The translations under genes were made by a program, and so were the position numbers. The notes beneath the pieces were generated by a model that saw only the letters and a list, made by a program, of their open reading frames with translations, had not been told where the DNA came from and searched no databases. From Schmidtea nova (taxonomy: Eukaryota), in the NCBI GenBank assembly GCA_044892505.1, contig CM097884.1:20398001-20462000 (forward strand): a stretch of 64,000 bases of DNA, given 5' to 3'. Below are positions 20,095 to 33,869 of the stretch, piece after piece (the stretch's first letter is position 1; each line of letters starts with the position of its first letter).

Positions 20095-22316
20095 TTTATA
20101 AATTGTGACAATATCTTAAAAATGTCTTTGTGTTCTATGTTATGAGTCATCGATGACTCATATGTCTTTGTTCTGCGATGAGTCAGAGGGCACATAACTA
20201 CCTACTCATTATTATTTTATTTGTTTGTTGTTTGTTGCATAATAATGAATTTGGATAAAGAATATGGTCTACTGTGTTCGACCAAAAGTGTCACTATCCT
20301 TTATAGCAAAATAAAAGATATTATTATATTATTATATATATTATATATTATTATATTATATTATTATTATATTATTATTATATTATTAAAATTATCCTTT
20401 ATATCCTTTATAATTAGTTCACATTGCTTACAACCTCCATATTTAGTTCTTCTATGAGCAGCATGAACTATATATTCTCAATTATATTTAAATCCGTTCT
20501 TTAACGCTGCTTTAAAAGCTCGTTTCTAAAAGAACTGATCGGAGACAGCTGGATGTATGCAAATGTGTGTTTTAAACGTGTGCTTGCTTGTGCGCAATTA
20601 CACTGAGTAAACTTATAAATTAATTATTAACTAAACAAAATAATAAATACTCAACTACTTTTATTAAATAAATGCAACAATAAAATACTTTTGGTATGTA
20701 TAACACATCGAAATCTGGGAAGTGCTGTAAATGTTCTAAGGAAATAAATATAATTTTAGAAATAAATTTTTATCTTTAATTAAGTTATTTTTGCATTTCC
20801 GGATGGGGTGCATGACCGATATATAGTGCACTCCAAAATCTTTTATAAACTAATAGGAAGGTTAATATAAGTTTTTAAACTAATTGTGATGTAGAAAAGA
20901 GATAACATAATAGTTAAATAAATGTCGCAATTTGGTTTTTTCAATTTTTTATTAATTCTGAAATTGTCCGTGAATTATGTTCAATGAATATTAAATAAAC
21001 TTATTGTGTTCCAGCCAACCCTATGATAGTGTTAGCCGAATTAAACAATAATTTTTAAGGGTTAAGTTTTTTAAGGGGATCATAGTTTTAGAAATTAATA
21101 ATAAAACTGAATTTGGTGGGCTTTGGTTAACGACTTTAAGAAAAACCAAGCACGCACAGATATTTTCAAATTGTCGTAAAAAGTTTTTTTGTAAAAAATA
21201 TCATATAAATTTTTTTTGGAATTTTTTGATTGATTGAGAATGAAGTAATAAAATTATAATCATAATGATTTTCATATTTTAGTAATTTTTTTTACATTTC
21301 ATTACATACTCAAATCTAAATGGCGAAAAAATGTATAGAAAAACCGTTATATATGGAAGAATATATTAATTTTTTAAATATTTTTTCCAGTTGTAATTCA
21401 AAGTCATTTTTAATAGGAAAGATAAAAATATTTTCTGCATTCTCATAAAAATATAACCTCTGACCGAAACAAATAAAAAAGAACCGATTGATACCATGAA
21501 AATTTTACAAACATCACAATATAAGTCATCATTACATCAAGTATCAATTAATACAAGAGCTAGCTTTTATGGAGGCCGCACAATAAACTCACGAAGGCCG
21601 CAGGTTCCCCACCTATGGCATATATGGTCTCCAAGTTACATCACACTTCTACCTTATCTGGAAATAATTCACCGTATTTGTAACTGCAGATAATGCGTTC
21701 TTTTGTTTTGAATGCACTATTCAACAGCGAAAGTCGTTTTTCAGATAATTTTGAAATAAAAATGTCATTTTAATTAAAATTAAATTATTTTCAAATTTTA
21801 AATAAAGTAATAATAACGATACATAAAATAATGTTGAAACAGGAATAGTTATTCCATGTGATTGATAATTAAAGTGGCAAAAATTAAATTTTCATTTAAC
21901 TTTTCAATTTTGCCTAGATAATAAATTTTTTTCAAGTTTGATATAGAAATATCGCGTACTTAACAATCAAAAACACAAAATAAATTTTAGCTGTAGTCAT
22001 ACAATTATGAAAATTATTGATATGAATCTTTGATTGATTTATGATACGTACTGATAAAAATAAAGTTTTATTGTGATATTCGATGCGATTTCAAATTGTA
22101 GCCGCATTTCTATATTATTTGGCTCTCACCATTTCAATTTAAAATTTAAAAATAGAAAGTATACAATTTTTAAATAAATTAACAAAATTTCTGAATTTAT
22201 TTTAATGATAAAAAATTTGAAATTAATCTAAATTTTGGCCGTGAAAAATATTTGAATATTTAATTAAGAAATATATGAATTAAAGAATTAGTTGTAAAAT
22301 AAATAGAAAAATTTAC

Positions 22317-22372
22317 ATTTTGTGGATATGGGATCCTTATCAACTGAGTCTTCTAATTTGATGGAGTGAGAA
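22317..22372 (-). CDS. SLC7A14: SLC7A14/CAT-like exon 6 (56 nt)
   Basis: ttttag|..|gtaaat; an open frame (NSHSIKLEDSVDKDPISTK) that reconciles the phase-2 end of exon 5 with the phase-1 start of exon 7. Confidence 0.65.
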
Positions 22373-22893
22373 CTAAAAGAAATAAGTTAATTTTTTAATT
22401 AAAATGTAAAACATTAATACTGTTTTTTAGAATTATTTTAGTTATTGAATTATAATAGCTTATAAATGTCGTTATATTTATATGATTAGGGTACATAGTT
22501 AAAAATAAAAATATTATCTTGTTTAATTAACTTTTACTTAAGGAATTACGCTTCTCTTCTCTCTCAAGTATCAATCTAATACTATTAAGATAATTTTCAA
22601 CTATTAAATGGTAATTAAATATAATCACGTTTCGAGAGAGAATAAAATAGTCTATTTTAGTCGCTTTAGATTTCTCCAAATAGATTAAAGAATATCTTTT
22701 TGTTTACTTATTGTTTTTTACATATTTAATTTTCTTTTCATTATTGATCGAAAATAAAAATGTTTCAACTTAATGATAAGTTATAAAAATAACTAAGATT
22801 TTCTTAAGGCTTTCATTGATTTATGCCACTTAAACAAAAAAAGAAACTTATTTTAGATATAAAAAAACCTCAACTCAGTAAGTTCAACATAAA

Positions 22894-22932
22894 CGCGATA
22901 TATTTCGATTGTATAACAATCTTCGTCAGGCA
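22894..22932 (-). ncRNA. Minimal type I hammerhead ribozyme of the Penelope-like element
   Basis: UGC-CUGACGA-A-GAUUG/CAAUC-GAAA-UAUA-UC-GCG, about 335 nt downstream of the PLE ORF on the same strand. Confidence 0.75.
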
Positions 22933-23266
22933 GCAATCAGGACAATCAATAATAAAATAGAAAATATGCTAAATTTAAACAAATTAATCAATAATAATCG
23001 ACTCCATACTATATCAAAATTTTAATTTAAAAATTTAATTTATTTTATTTTATTTTATTACACAAAAAATTTTTTAAATTTAATTAAAAACAAACATTTT
23101 ACATAGAACAACATACATATTATTTTAAAAAATAAAATAAAATTTAATAAAATTTTAACAATCAACATAAAATTTACAAATTTAAAAATTTAAAAAAATT
23201 AAAATTTTTACAAAAAAAACAAACATAATTATACCACAAACATAATTCGCAACATTCAACCTTCGG

Positions 23267-23990
23267 TTACTTAAACACATTCAAAATATCAGTGGAACGG
23301 GCAACTTGATCATTTATTTTTGGATTAATATATCTAATCAACAATGCATCACAAGTTCCTCGTTCCCAATAATTACTTAAACCCTTTGAAATAATTTTAA
23401 AATCAGAGATACCTATTTTTTTACTGACACATTTCCTAAAATGATCACTAATATTAGTCAATCCTTTTGGTCGGCAATGCTCAAGAACTCGGGTGCAGAG
23501 ATGACGGGCAGTCTCTCCAATGTATGTGGCATTACACCCATTACATGAAAATTGATACACGAGCTCAGAACACAAACCAATTGGCGTTGGACATTTACTA
23601 GTGAACATACTGCTAACTTTGCAAGACGTCGAAACAATCCTAAATTGATCCTTGTCTATATATTTTGAGAATCTTATGCTTAAATTCTCTGAAGCCCTCA
23701 GAATAAGGCAATACCAACACATATTTCGGCTCCGTGCGATTAGATCGATTTTTGTCACTTTCCGAAATTAACATCAGTACTTTCATCAATAGGTACCTCA
23801 GATTCAGACATACGCATACCAACATTATCAGATTTCAACATTAACTTATCCACGGTCACTTTTGTCATTTTCTCAAGAAAAGATTTAGAGTAACCGTTTT
23901 TAAGTAGCAACTCAACCAATACATCAATACTTTTTACTGAATTCACAAACGTGAATTCTGAGTTGGTGTTTTTCTATAATTAAATCATTG
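23267..23990 (-). mobile_element. 5'-truncated Penelope-like element (RT thumb/linker and GIY-YIG)
   Basis: LVYQFSCNGCNATYIGETARHLCTRVLEH; upstream LLKNGYS and VLPYSEG segments are frameshifted. Confidence 0.9.
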
Positions 23991-25129
23991 CCACGTTTTT
24001 TTGATTATTTTAGATAAATAAAATACAATTTTTTACTAACTAATCTATGCTAAATAAACAATAATTGTTTCATATTCTATTAATTCACAAAATATATCTT
24101 ATAAAAGCTAAGTCTATTAGACTATTCTTCAATTAAAATTATACGATCCAATTAATGAAGAGGTTCATATGAAATTAAAAATTTGAAAACTACTTATATG
24201 TTTTGGGTATGAAATCCAATAATTACGTCGGATTATTTAACGAATAATAGTATGATATCTGTTACAAATGCTCTTAACTTCACAATGATTGAATTTATGG
24301 GACTGTTCATAAGGCGTTTTATTATGCCTTAATATGATATGCTTGTCGAGTCTCAGGATGACCAGTGATAGATTTAATAATTCACACAGAAATTCAAAAG
24401 TTCGTTCTGTCGTCCGGTAACAAAATAAAGCTTATGCATATCAATTTCAGTTCATTTACTATTGAAAATTATAAGGAAGNNNNNNNNNNNNNNNNNNNNN
24501 NNNNNNNNNNNNNNNNNNNNNNNNNNNNNNNNNNNNNNNNNNNNNNNNNNNNNNNNNNNNNNNNNNNNNNNNNNNNNNNNNNNNNNNNNNNNNNNNNNNN
24601 NNNNNNNNNNNNNNNNNNNNNAACAAAATAAGCATAACAATAAAAAAATAACAAAATAAAAAAACAATTTTATTAAGTGAAAAAATTTTTGATTATAAAA
24701 TAATCCTCGTTAATCCCTTATTTGGTAAATAACTGGTATTTTCATTCATGTCTGCTCTTTTTTTCTCCTGAATAATCTTCTTTTTCATTGGAAGTAAATG
24801 TAATTAAAATCAATTTTAAATTCTAAAATCGGTTTTTTAAATGTTTTTTGTTAAACTTTTGATCACAAAAATTTTAAAATATAAAAACTCTAAAATTAAA
24901 TTATTTTAAAGTTTTTTCAGAATAAATATATTTATCCTTTTTAAAATTAAAAATTTTTCTTTTATTGTCTGTATTTTACATTTCAATTTTCCAATCCTTT
25001 AATATTTAAATTTTAAAATTAATTTAATTTTATCTCTTTGAGATGCCCATATATTCTCTGTATTATCTTTTTTCTTCACCTTTTTTCCTTTTTTCCTTAT
25101 TCACTTTCTTCTTTGTAGAATCTTATGTT

Positions 25130-25620
25130 TTTTAACAAGGTAGTAAGTGAGCAATTTCGCTAACTTCCTCTTTAGAGTTAATCTTTGGGTGATTGTCTCT
25201 AATGAAAATAGCTTAAGTCTTTGATTTTTTTCGTCGTTTTCGTTTGTTAATATCCTTAATGGTATTAATTTTTCTTTATTTTTTTCTGACATTGGTGTAG
25301 ATGTCTATATACAGATGACTTTCAACCAGGATCAATATGTTCTTTAATTCTCTCATACAAAGTCCGAAGGGTGCTTCCGATGTAAATCTTTTCGCATTTA
25401 TTACACATGATGCTATAGACAATGTTCTTGCGAAAGCATATTTTCTTTGGGGTTTGGCAGTTTTCCATCTTACATGTATTTTCTCTTTTTGGGTTGTTTG
25501 CCAGGCCTTGCCTCAATATCTTAGATCTATGTGCTAAACGAATCGGAAGACCAGTGAGATTAAGTTCTTTGATGATCATAAAATTGATTCGGTCATTGAT
25601 GAAAGGAACTCAAAGGTAGA
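25130..25620 (-). mobile_element. Penelope-like fragment with a Cys-rich linker (Neptune-type) and GIY-YIG
   Basis: CKMENC..KICFRKNIVYSIMCNKCEKIYIGSTLRTLYERIKEH. Confidence 0.85.
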
Positions 25621-25908
25621 AATATTTTTTTCTTTTTGTAGGTCTTTTTACCTTCTCTGGTTGAATTTTATTTTTCTGGTTTACGATTCCCACTTCAAAC
25701 CTACCAATCCTAGATAATACCAAACCTTAAATTGAAACCAAGAAACGAAAGCGTATTAGCGCCTAGAAAAGGAGACGACAAAAGAAGATGACTTTCATCC
25801 AGGAACTCACTAGTTAACTAACTGAGCTTATTTCGGGCTATCTGGATTCGTATGAGTATTCATTTTTTAAAATTTAATTAAAATTTATTTATTTATTTTT
25901 TAATGATA

Positions 25909-25911
<3 letters not shown>

Positions 25912-25945
<34 letters not shown>
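25912..25945. repeat. (TA)n microsatellite
   Basis: Direct reading. Confidence 0.95.
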
Positions 25946-25949
<4 letters not shown>

Positions 25950-26465
25950 TTTTATTTATTTTATTTTTAAGACAATATTATTTTATTTGTTTTTCTGTTT
26001 TTTGTTAAATTTAATTTTATATACTACACTAATTTAATTTAATTTAATTACTTTATTAATTACATTTTTTGTTTCCTCTTAGTATTTTTTCTTAGTATTT
26101 CCTGTTATTATTTTTATATTAATTTCGGTATTTTCTTTTTATTTAAATATTATTCCATTTCATTATTTATTTAAATTGTAATTAATAATATTATTCATTT
26201 TATAATTCTTTTAACTTATTTATATTACCATTTTTATTTATTTTTTTCATTTTTATTTTCTTCCTTTCTAATTATTAATATTTATTTCTTTCTATTTCTT
26301 ATTATTAATATTATTATTCAATAAGAAACGGATATAATTATAATTTAAACGAAATTTTTATGTCCTGGTAATTGAAATCATATGATTCAATTATTTGCAT
26401 TGTTTTTGGTGTTTTTCTCTTTCATTTTTATTGACCACATTTTCCTGAAAATAAGAGATTATTAA

Positions 26466-26694
26466 CCCTTAAATGCATTGTGATGGAAATTTCCATCGTA
26501 CCAAATATTTAAATATAATTATTTATGATTAATGACAGCGATATATTTTTTTAGTCTGGCAATAAGATAAACAGTCTGTCTATGGATTCAAGTTAAAATA
26601 AAAATAAAATCTATGTTTTTGTCTGTTTTTTGTCAATAATAAAAAACACCATAAAACATTTTTAATGCAATACAAAAAATCATGCATTTAAGGG
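26466..26694. mobile_element. piggyBac-type MITE (229 bp)
   Basis: TTAA on both sides; 13-bp perfect TIR CCCTTAAATGCAT. Confidence 0.85.
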
Positions 26695-26851
26695 TTAACT
26701 GAATAATTTAAAGTATCCATTGATCATAATTTACTAATATTGTCATAAGTGCTATTTCAAATCCTTACACTCTTAAAGTGGATTAAAATAATTTTTATTT
26801 AAACTAAATTAATACTAATTAATCACATAAAAATATGAAACATTTTATATA

Positions 26852-28120
26852 CGTGGTGCGCCCAATAAGTCGTGAGACTAATATTGAAATAATAATAGTA
26901 AAAAAATTGATACAGACATATTTAAACTTCAACATATATAAGTAAAGAAAATGTATTTTGTTTTAATAATCCTTTATTGTTTAAGTATATTTTTGCGAAC
27001 ATTCGAAAAATGCCACTGGAAACTATTCAATACCGTAGCGTTATTCGCTTTCTCTTTCTGAAAGGAAAAAGAGAAGAGGTTCTTTCTGAACTGAAAGCTG
27101 TTTACCAATAAGTGTGCCCATCCACAGCAACAATTTATCTTTGGTTCAATTACTTTCAGAGTGGTAGAACCTCCGTGGTGGACGAAGAAAGATCTGGAAG
27201 ACCCTCAGATATTGATGAAATAATAACGCAAAAGCTGCAGACAATCGTGCAAAGCGAGAGAAAAATAACGACGAGAGAGCTCACAACCCATTTAAATGTG
27301 AGCAAAGGCACTGTGCATACTCTCTTCACTGAAAGTGGTATTCGAAAACTATGTTTCCGTTTTGTGCCACGCTTCTTAATGGTGGAAATGTGACAACGAC
27401 GCTTGGAATGCTGCTTGGAGAATCTGCAGATCAGGACCAATGTTGGAGACCGTTTCATTGATAATATCATCACCGTGGACGAGACACCGTTGTCCGTTTA
27501 TGTCCCCGAATCTAAAAGAGAGTCTCAAGAATGGAAACTGCTAGGAGAAAGCAGCTCACTGAAAATACGGTCCTCAACTTGCCACCGAAAGGCTCTCATG
27601 CTGATGGTGTTTTATTCTGACTGACTGCTGAATCCGGCGTGAAGATCAATAGTTCTTACTACTCCAACATCGTGCAGCAAGCAAGGAAGGCAAGACGCAA
27701 GAGCAGAGTGTGTGATCTCTATTTCTACACGATAATGCTCCCATCGACACCAGCAGCGTTTCCATGGCCAAAATTGAGCGTTGCGGGCTCAATTTGCTTC
27801 CCCATCCACCATACAGCCCGGATTTGGCTCCCACCGATTTTTTCCTGTTTAACCATCTTAAGAAGCATCTGCGGGGCCAGGTGTTTGCCAACAAACATGA
27901 TTTGAGAGCAGCCGTGGAGAGTTTTCTGGGAGAAAAGCCTCCAGAATTCTTCAAAAACGCCTTCGAAAACCTCGTTATTCGCTGGGAAAATTGTGTCAGT
28001 GCAGAAAGAAATTATTTTGAGAAATGATGCCTATTTACCATGCTTGTTCTAAATACAAAGATTTGTGTTGATATCTTAAGTCTTTATATATTAGTCTCAC
28101 GACTTATTGGGCGCACCACG
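26852..28120 (+). mobile_element. Full-length mariner (DD34D) transposon with a pseudogenised transposase (27010-28027)
   Basis: 33-bp perfect TIR CGTGGTGCGCCCAATAAGTCGTGAGACTAATAT; TA TSD; ITVDET, HDNAP and YSPDLAPTD motifs; several stops and frameshifts. Confidence 0.95.
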
Positions 28121-29334
28121 TACTTCATGCATTAATTTAATTATTTATCCTTGTCGGTATCGTAAAATTTATGCATTTTACTGTAATCCAACTTCTAAAA
28201 TACCATGTAATTGTTATTATGAATTAGTTATGTTAAAATATAAAATTTTATAAATTCTTTACTTGAATTTCTTTATTAAATGATCAATCCATACCAAATT
28301 ATAAATATTCTTTCATAAATTATTCTAAATAAAAGAAAACTTTGTTAAATAATTATTTAAAAGTGGACAGTTTTTCAATCTATAATATAATTTCCAAAAT
28401 ATTTTACTGACAAAAATGTTATAATGGATTGGCTTTTTTTTTAAAACTGCAAAGAATACATCAAAATATCCTGTAATATTAATTTTATATTACAAATTCA
28501 TCAACATGCATAACTATAGTTTTACCAGAATATATTGAATATTTTAAATTGTTTTCTAAAGACATTGTAGTAAGTAACAATAAATATCATCAAAATGATA
28601 ATTATGCAAAAACAAACCATTTCATTATCCTAATTAATTGATAAAAACTTATTGAATTTCGTATTTCTTTCAAGTACTGATGATTATTACTTTTTAGCAT
28701 TGATCTATACCCAACTTTATCAATAATTTACAAATTTTTCATTATTTTCACAATTTTTTTATACACATGCAACTTGATTATAAAAATTTGAATCCAAGAA
28801 AATAACGACAATATAAATTATAATAAATTTATCAAGAATTTACTGCATTCTAAATTTACTAAATATTACATACTGACTGGACTGTAACATAAATTTCCGA
28901 ACCACAAAAATAGATTTTATATATATTTTCATTTCATTTATTCATCTTCATTTTGGTTTAATATCTTTTAAATATATCACAATTTTACTTTAGATAGTGA
29001 AAATATTATTTCGATATTTACTAGTAATACATTATAATGAAATAAAATTATCATAAAATTAAGTTTATTTAGATTTTCGGCCTAAAACAAAAAATAACCG
29101 TTTAGTCAAATGGAACATCAAATAAAGACACTCACATATTAGCAATAAAATTGTGTATTTTCATAAATTCGTCCAGAAATTAGAATTTTATTAATTTTAT
29201 ATAATTAATATAAAATTTTATAGTAATTATCATTTTTTATTATTATTTAAACTGTTAGAATATATAAAATACGCATTCCTTCAATTAATACGTATTTATC
29301 AGAAACTATGTTAACATAAATTATTGAATCATAC

Positions 29335-29559
29335 TTGTTATTATTAATACTAATATTATCACAGTCATCTTCTTGTGGAGTATATCTCAACAATAAAACA
29401 CTGGTGCATACCAGACTGTATGCTAGCAATGTTCCGATTGACATCATTTCCACAAGTTCACCCAAATCAAATAACATAGTAAAGAAAGCAGTTAAAAATC
29501 CAGGAATCAAAGTCGCGAAAATTGGTACTTCAGTTCGATTCCAAACTTGACTCAAAAAT
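29335..29559 (-). CDS. SLC7A14: SLC7A14/CAT-like exon 5
   Basis: FLSQVWNRTEVPIFATLIPGFLTAFFTMLFDLGELVEMMSIGTLLAYSLVCTSVLLLRY; the 3' donor is chosen by phase fit. Confidence 0.9.
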
Positions 29560-29787
29560 CTGAAAAAGAAATAAAAAGTTACGATAAATTATTATTTTTA
29601 ATTTTTCTTTTTAGATCAACATTAAACAATGATTATAAAAGTTAATGAAGGAAAAGGAAAAGTATAAGCAATTGATTCTATTTGGACAGATTGGTATATG
29701 AAAAAAGTGCAATGAGTAGCAATTTTATTATTTTATTAATTTTACTATTTGAAATTTATGTTATTTTCAAACAGAATTTGTTCTGTA

Positions 29788-29871
29788 AATAATAATAATA
29801 ACAATAATAATAATAATAATAATAATAGTAAAAATAATATAATATTTAAAATAATAATAAGTATAATAATT

Positions 29872-29953
<82 letters not shown>
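29788..29953. repeat. (AAT)n microsatellite tract
   Basis: Direct reading; it explains the poly-N/poly-I ORF at 29749-29982. Confidence 0.95.
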
Positions 29954-29954
<1 letters not shown>

Positions 29955-29982
29955 TAATCAAAAAAACATGACAATGATTTAA

Positions 29983-30754
29983 TAATAGATAAACGCCAAC
30001 TAAATATATTGTACAAAAATGCAATTAATTTAGACTGAATAACAGTCATCATCAGGCTATGATCAGGATATTCAATAATAAATCGAAAACACTAAATATT
30101 TAAACAAATTAATCAATAATAATCATCTTCAAAATTGTATCAAAATTAAAAATTTATTTCAAAATAAAATACATAAAAATTTTTAATATTAAAAAAACAC
30201 AAAAAACATTTTTTTTAAACATAAACATAAAAATCAACCATTTAAATCAAAATTTAAAGACTTAAGAAACACAAAATTAAATTTTTTTTTTAAAAATAAA
30301 AACAATCTCCAACGCAAACATAATTATACTAAAAACACAATACACAACATGCAACACCCATTTACTTGAACACATTCAAAATATCCGTGGTACGGCAACT
30401 TGATCATTAATCTTTGGATTTAAATTTCTAATCAACAATGCTTCACAAGTTACTCGTTCCTAATAATTACTCAAACCTTTTGCAATTATTTTGAAATCAG
30501 AGACACCTATTTTTTACTGCCACATTTCCTAACATGATCACTAGTATTAGTCAGCCTATTTTAGCAGGCAATGCTCAAGAACTCGGGTGCAAAGATGACG
30601 GGCAGTCTCTCCTATGTATGTGGCATTGCACTCATTACATGAGAATAAATGCACGAGTTCAGAACACAAACCAAATGGCGTTGGACATTTATTAGTGAAC
30701 ATACTGCTAACTTTGCAAGACGTGAAAACAATCCTAGTTGGCGTTTATCTATTA
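29983..30754 (-). mobile_element. 5'-truncated Penelope-like element with 20-bp inverted ends and a degenerate hammerhead (30021-30057)
   Basis: GIY-YIG segment 30360-30720 is homologous to 23267-23640; TAATAGATAAACGCCAACTA is inverted at 29983-30002/30735-30754; CUGAUGAUG-ACUG/CAGU-C-UAAA. Confidence 0.85.
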
Positions 30755-30999
30755 ATAATAATAATTATTATTCATTCAATTTGTCAACCTTAACTAATTA
30801 TTTATTTTCCTTTAGAATTTAAAACAATTCACATAATAATATTTTCAAAATATATAAGCACACAAGATTATCTTTTTCCAATAAGTGATATTTGATTAAA
30901 ATTTTTCGCTAAAAAGTACAATTTTGAAAGAATTTTTCCAATAAGAGTCCATATTTTACTTTATTCAACTGACTGAATTTTCTAAACAAATTTGGCTTA

Positions 31000-31950
31000 T
31001 TGTAATACTTTTATCCTTTTAATTTATTGGATGTTGGTGAAATTAAATTTACCAATTAATTCTCTGACTCCAAGCGTGCTTTATTTGACCCACAAAATAA
31101 CAATTTTCAGACAATATAAACCTTTATTGAGCTGACTACAGTTGGCTACATAAATTACAATGACACGCCCAATTCAATACTATAACAGGCAATTATAAAG
31201 CGTTTATTACAACACTTCTTAAGGAACAGGACTATTGGATAATACCTAAAATTTAACAATCACCTACTACTGAGTTAAATTCAACAATTAGCAAATTGAT
31301 TTTGGTTGTTCTCTTGCTTTGACTTAATAATTTATCGAATAGTTTTCGATTCTTCTTATTTCAATAATTCTTGTTTTGCTACGTTCAATTTAATCTCTTC
31401 AAATTCACGTTTTCCAATAATATAATTCTAATTGACTCAATAAGTTTCTTTTCAATCTGCATCATTACAATTTCAATTTCTCCAAATTTTCTAATTTGAA
31501 TTCTCCAAAATAAACTCTCCAATCTGACTTCTCTTCAATTTGAATTCTCTTTCATCTACTGTGGCTTTTCCATTTTTTAGCTAGTCATTCTTTGGTACTT
31601 GATACTATTGTTTTTCCAACTTCTTTGCCTCTAGCATACTCTAAACTTTCTTCATGGCTCTTGCATTATCTCTGACAACAAATGCCAATTCTTTTATTTT
31701 TGTTTTTTCTCTTTTTCCTCCACACTCCTGATATCTCTGACAAGCTGTCAAGATATGAATTTTCTTGTTTTTTTTACCCATTTTATAATCTTTTTTTCCC
31801 ATTGAACTTAATAATTATCAATAAAATTTTCTTGCTTTGTTGATAGATTTCATTTTTTTTGCTAATACTTTCTCATTTCTCAATTTTAGCCCTTTCTTTT
31901 CCTTCTTCCAGTTCCAGAACATCGACTCGTTTACCTTGTCAAACTCTCCC
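31000..31950 (-). repeat. Unclassified dispersed repeat, subfamily A
   Basis: Reverse homologue of 10070-11110. Confidence 0.65.
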
Positions 31951-33233
31951 CAAATTATTTTATTTATTTATCATATTATTTAATCTTATCATTTGAGTAT
32001 CCTCAAAAAATTGAAATTCATCCAATTTTAACAACATTTACTGTATTTCGTGAAATATTTAGTTAGTGTTGTTTTAATAAGCAAAATTAGTTTAACGAGA
32101 AAATATTTAGTCCGTCCGAAACAGTGGTTTCCAAACTTAAACCTTTTTCAAAACCCTCTTTTTAAAAAATTTACTAAACGTCTCTTGGAAATCTACATTC
32201 TTTAAATGAACAAAAAGATATATGAATCTATATTTCTACCTACGTCCTAAGATAAAGTAAAGAAAGATGTTCTAAACAAGTCACATTAAAGCTTGAAATT
32301 ATAAAATTATTTAACAAAATCACAAAAATGAATGCGCCAGTAGGTAATATATAATATACAATTTGCTAAACTTTTCTCACGGAAAACTTTGAAATATATT
32401 TCATCGAATTCGGGAAAAATCAAATAATAAACCCATTAAAATTGACCAATTCATCAAATATTTAAAACGATAAAAATGTTTATATTTATAAACTATAATG
32501 AGATCTAATTTCCGTTTCAGACAATTCCAATTATTATAAAAAGATCAAGTGATTTGGGAAATTAATAGTTATAATCAATTATAAATATGATTTGATTTTG
32601 ATGATTTTGTTAGTCTCAAAATTATAAATATATTGAAATAATAAATATATGGAGCATTTTAACAAAAGCCGCTAGGTTAATGATTATGTTAATCCTCCAG
32701 TTGACTAATTATTATTAAATTCTATTGGAATATTATGAAAATTATATTTATATTTTAATACATAAAAAACAAAAATGACATTGAAATAATTAAAAACAAA
32801 CGTCAATCCAAAATTATATTAACACAATATATTTCTAAAAACATCAATCTCCTTTTTAGGTGCTTTTCAATTCAACATTCCAATATAAACCAATAAATAG
32901 ATATTAAACTGAAAAGCACTTGAAGAATAGAATGATATTCTCGAAATTTATTGGGTAATTTTGGATTGGCGTGTTTTTAATAATTTCAGTGCCATATTTA
33001 TTTCATTCTGTATTGTTATATAAATATAATTATCATAATACTCCAATAGCATTTAATAATAATTAGTCATCTGGAGAATTAATTATATTTTTTATTATTT
33101 TTTTGATTATTATTTTGATAATTCTTCTTCTTCTTCTTATTCTGAGGGCTTCAAAAAAATTAGGCATATATTGTTTCTGACGTGGTTTTCAATAAAATTA
33201 ACATTTTTATAGATAAATTAAGTAAAAACATAC

Positions 33234-33589
33234 TTAAATAAAAGACCATCTGATGCCATAGCATAAATAATTCTAGGCAAAGGAAATTCACTGCCCATTA
33301 AACTAGCACTCATTCCAGCCACCCCACCGAGTCCCACTATCCATTTTGCCCAATATAAACCTCGTATATCAAAAGCTTCAGTAATTGGACTTGATGTTTT
33401 CAAATTTCCAAAAGGCACCATCATTGTCAAAACAGTTGCAACACCAAAATAAAATGTAAAACAGACCAACAAAGTCAACGCCATTGCTTTTGGAATACTT
33501 TTACTTGGTGATCGAGCTTCTTCGCCTGTTGTTGCTATCACGTCGAATCCAACATAAGCATAAAAACATGTTGCTGCCCCTGATAAAAC
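33234..33589 (-). CDS. SLC7A14: SLC7A14/CAT-like exon 4
   Basis: VLSGAATCFYAYVGFDVIATTGEEARSPSKSIP...FPLPRIIYAMASDGLLFK. Confidence 0.95.
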
Positions 33590-33869
33590 CTAAATGAATT
33601 TTTACGTTATTACAATAAAACATAAAATGACTTATTTTAATTAATTTAAAGAATATTTCAAATGATTTTAGTGTTTGTTATTTATTTAGGAACACATCAT
33701 TTCAATATATAAATATAATTTTAATTTGCCACAGATCTTTGGTTATCAGTCATTTTTGGCATCTCTTTCTTTATCGCTGTAACGAGTTTCAAATTAATTT
33801 TTTAAGCTTAATCATACCAAAAATGAGAAATATTTTGATAATTATTTAATAAAAAATTATGACCTTTTC

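Larger units (their letters stand above)
18709..20206. mobile_element. Non-autonomous Maverick/Polinton-type element
   Basis: About 77-bp TIR (61-bp core with 1 mismatch); right terminus reads AGTAGGTAG; near-perfect 6-bp TSD CATTGT/CATTAT; internal ~120-bp tandem repeats; one ORF; contains an N gap. Confidence 0.6.

Noticed and set aside
29749-29982. Poly-Asn/poly-Ile ORF
   Set aside because: It is a translation of the (AAT)n microsatellite
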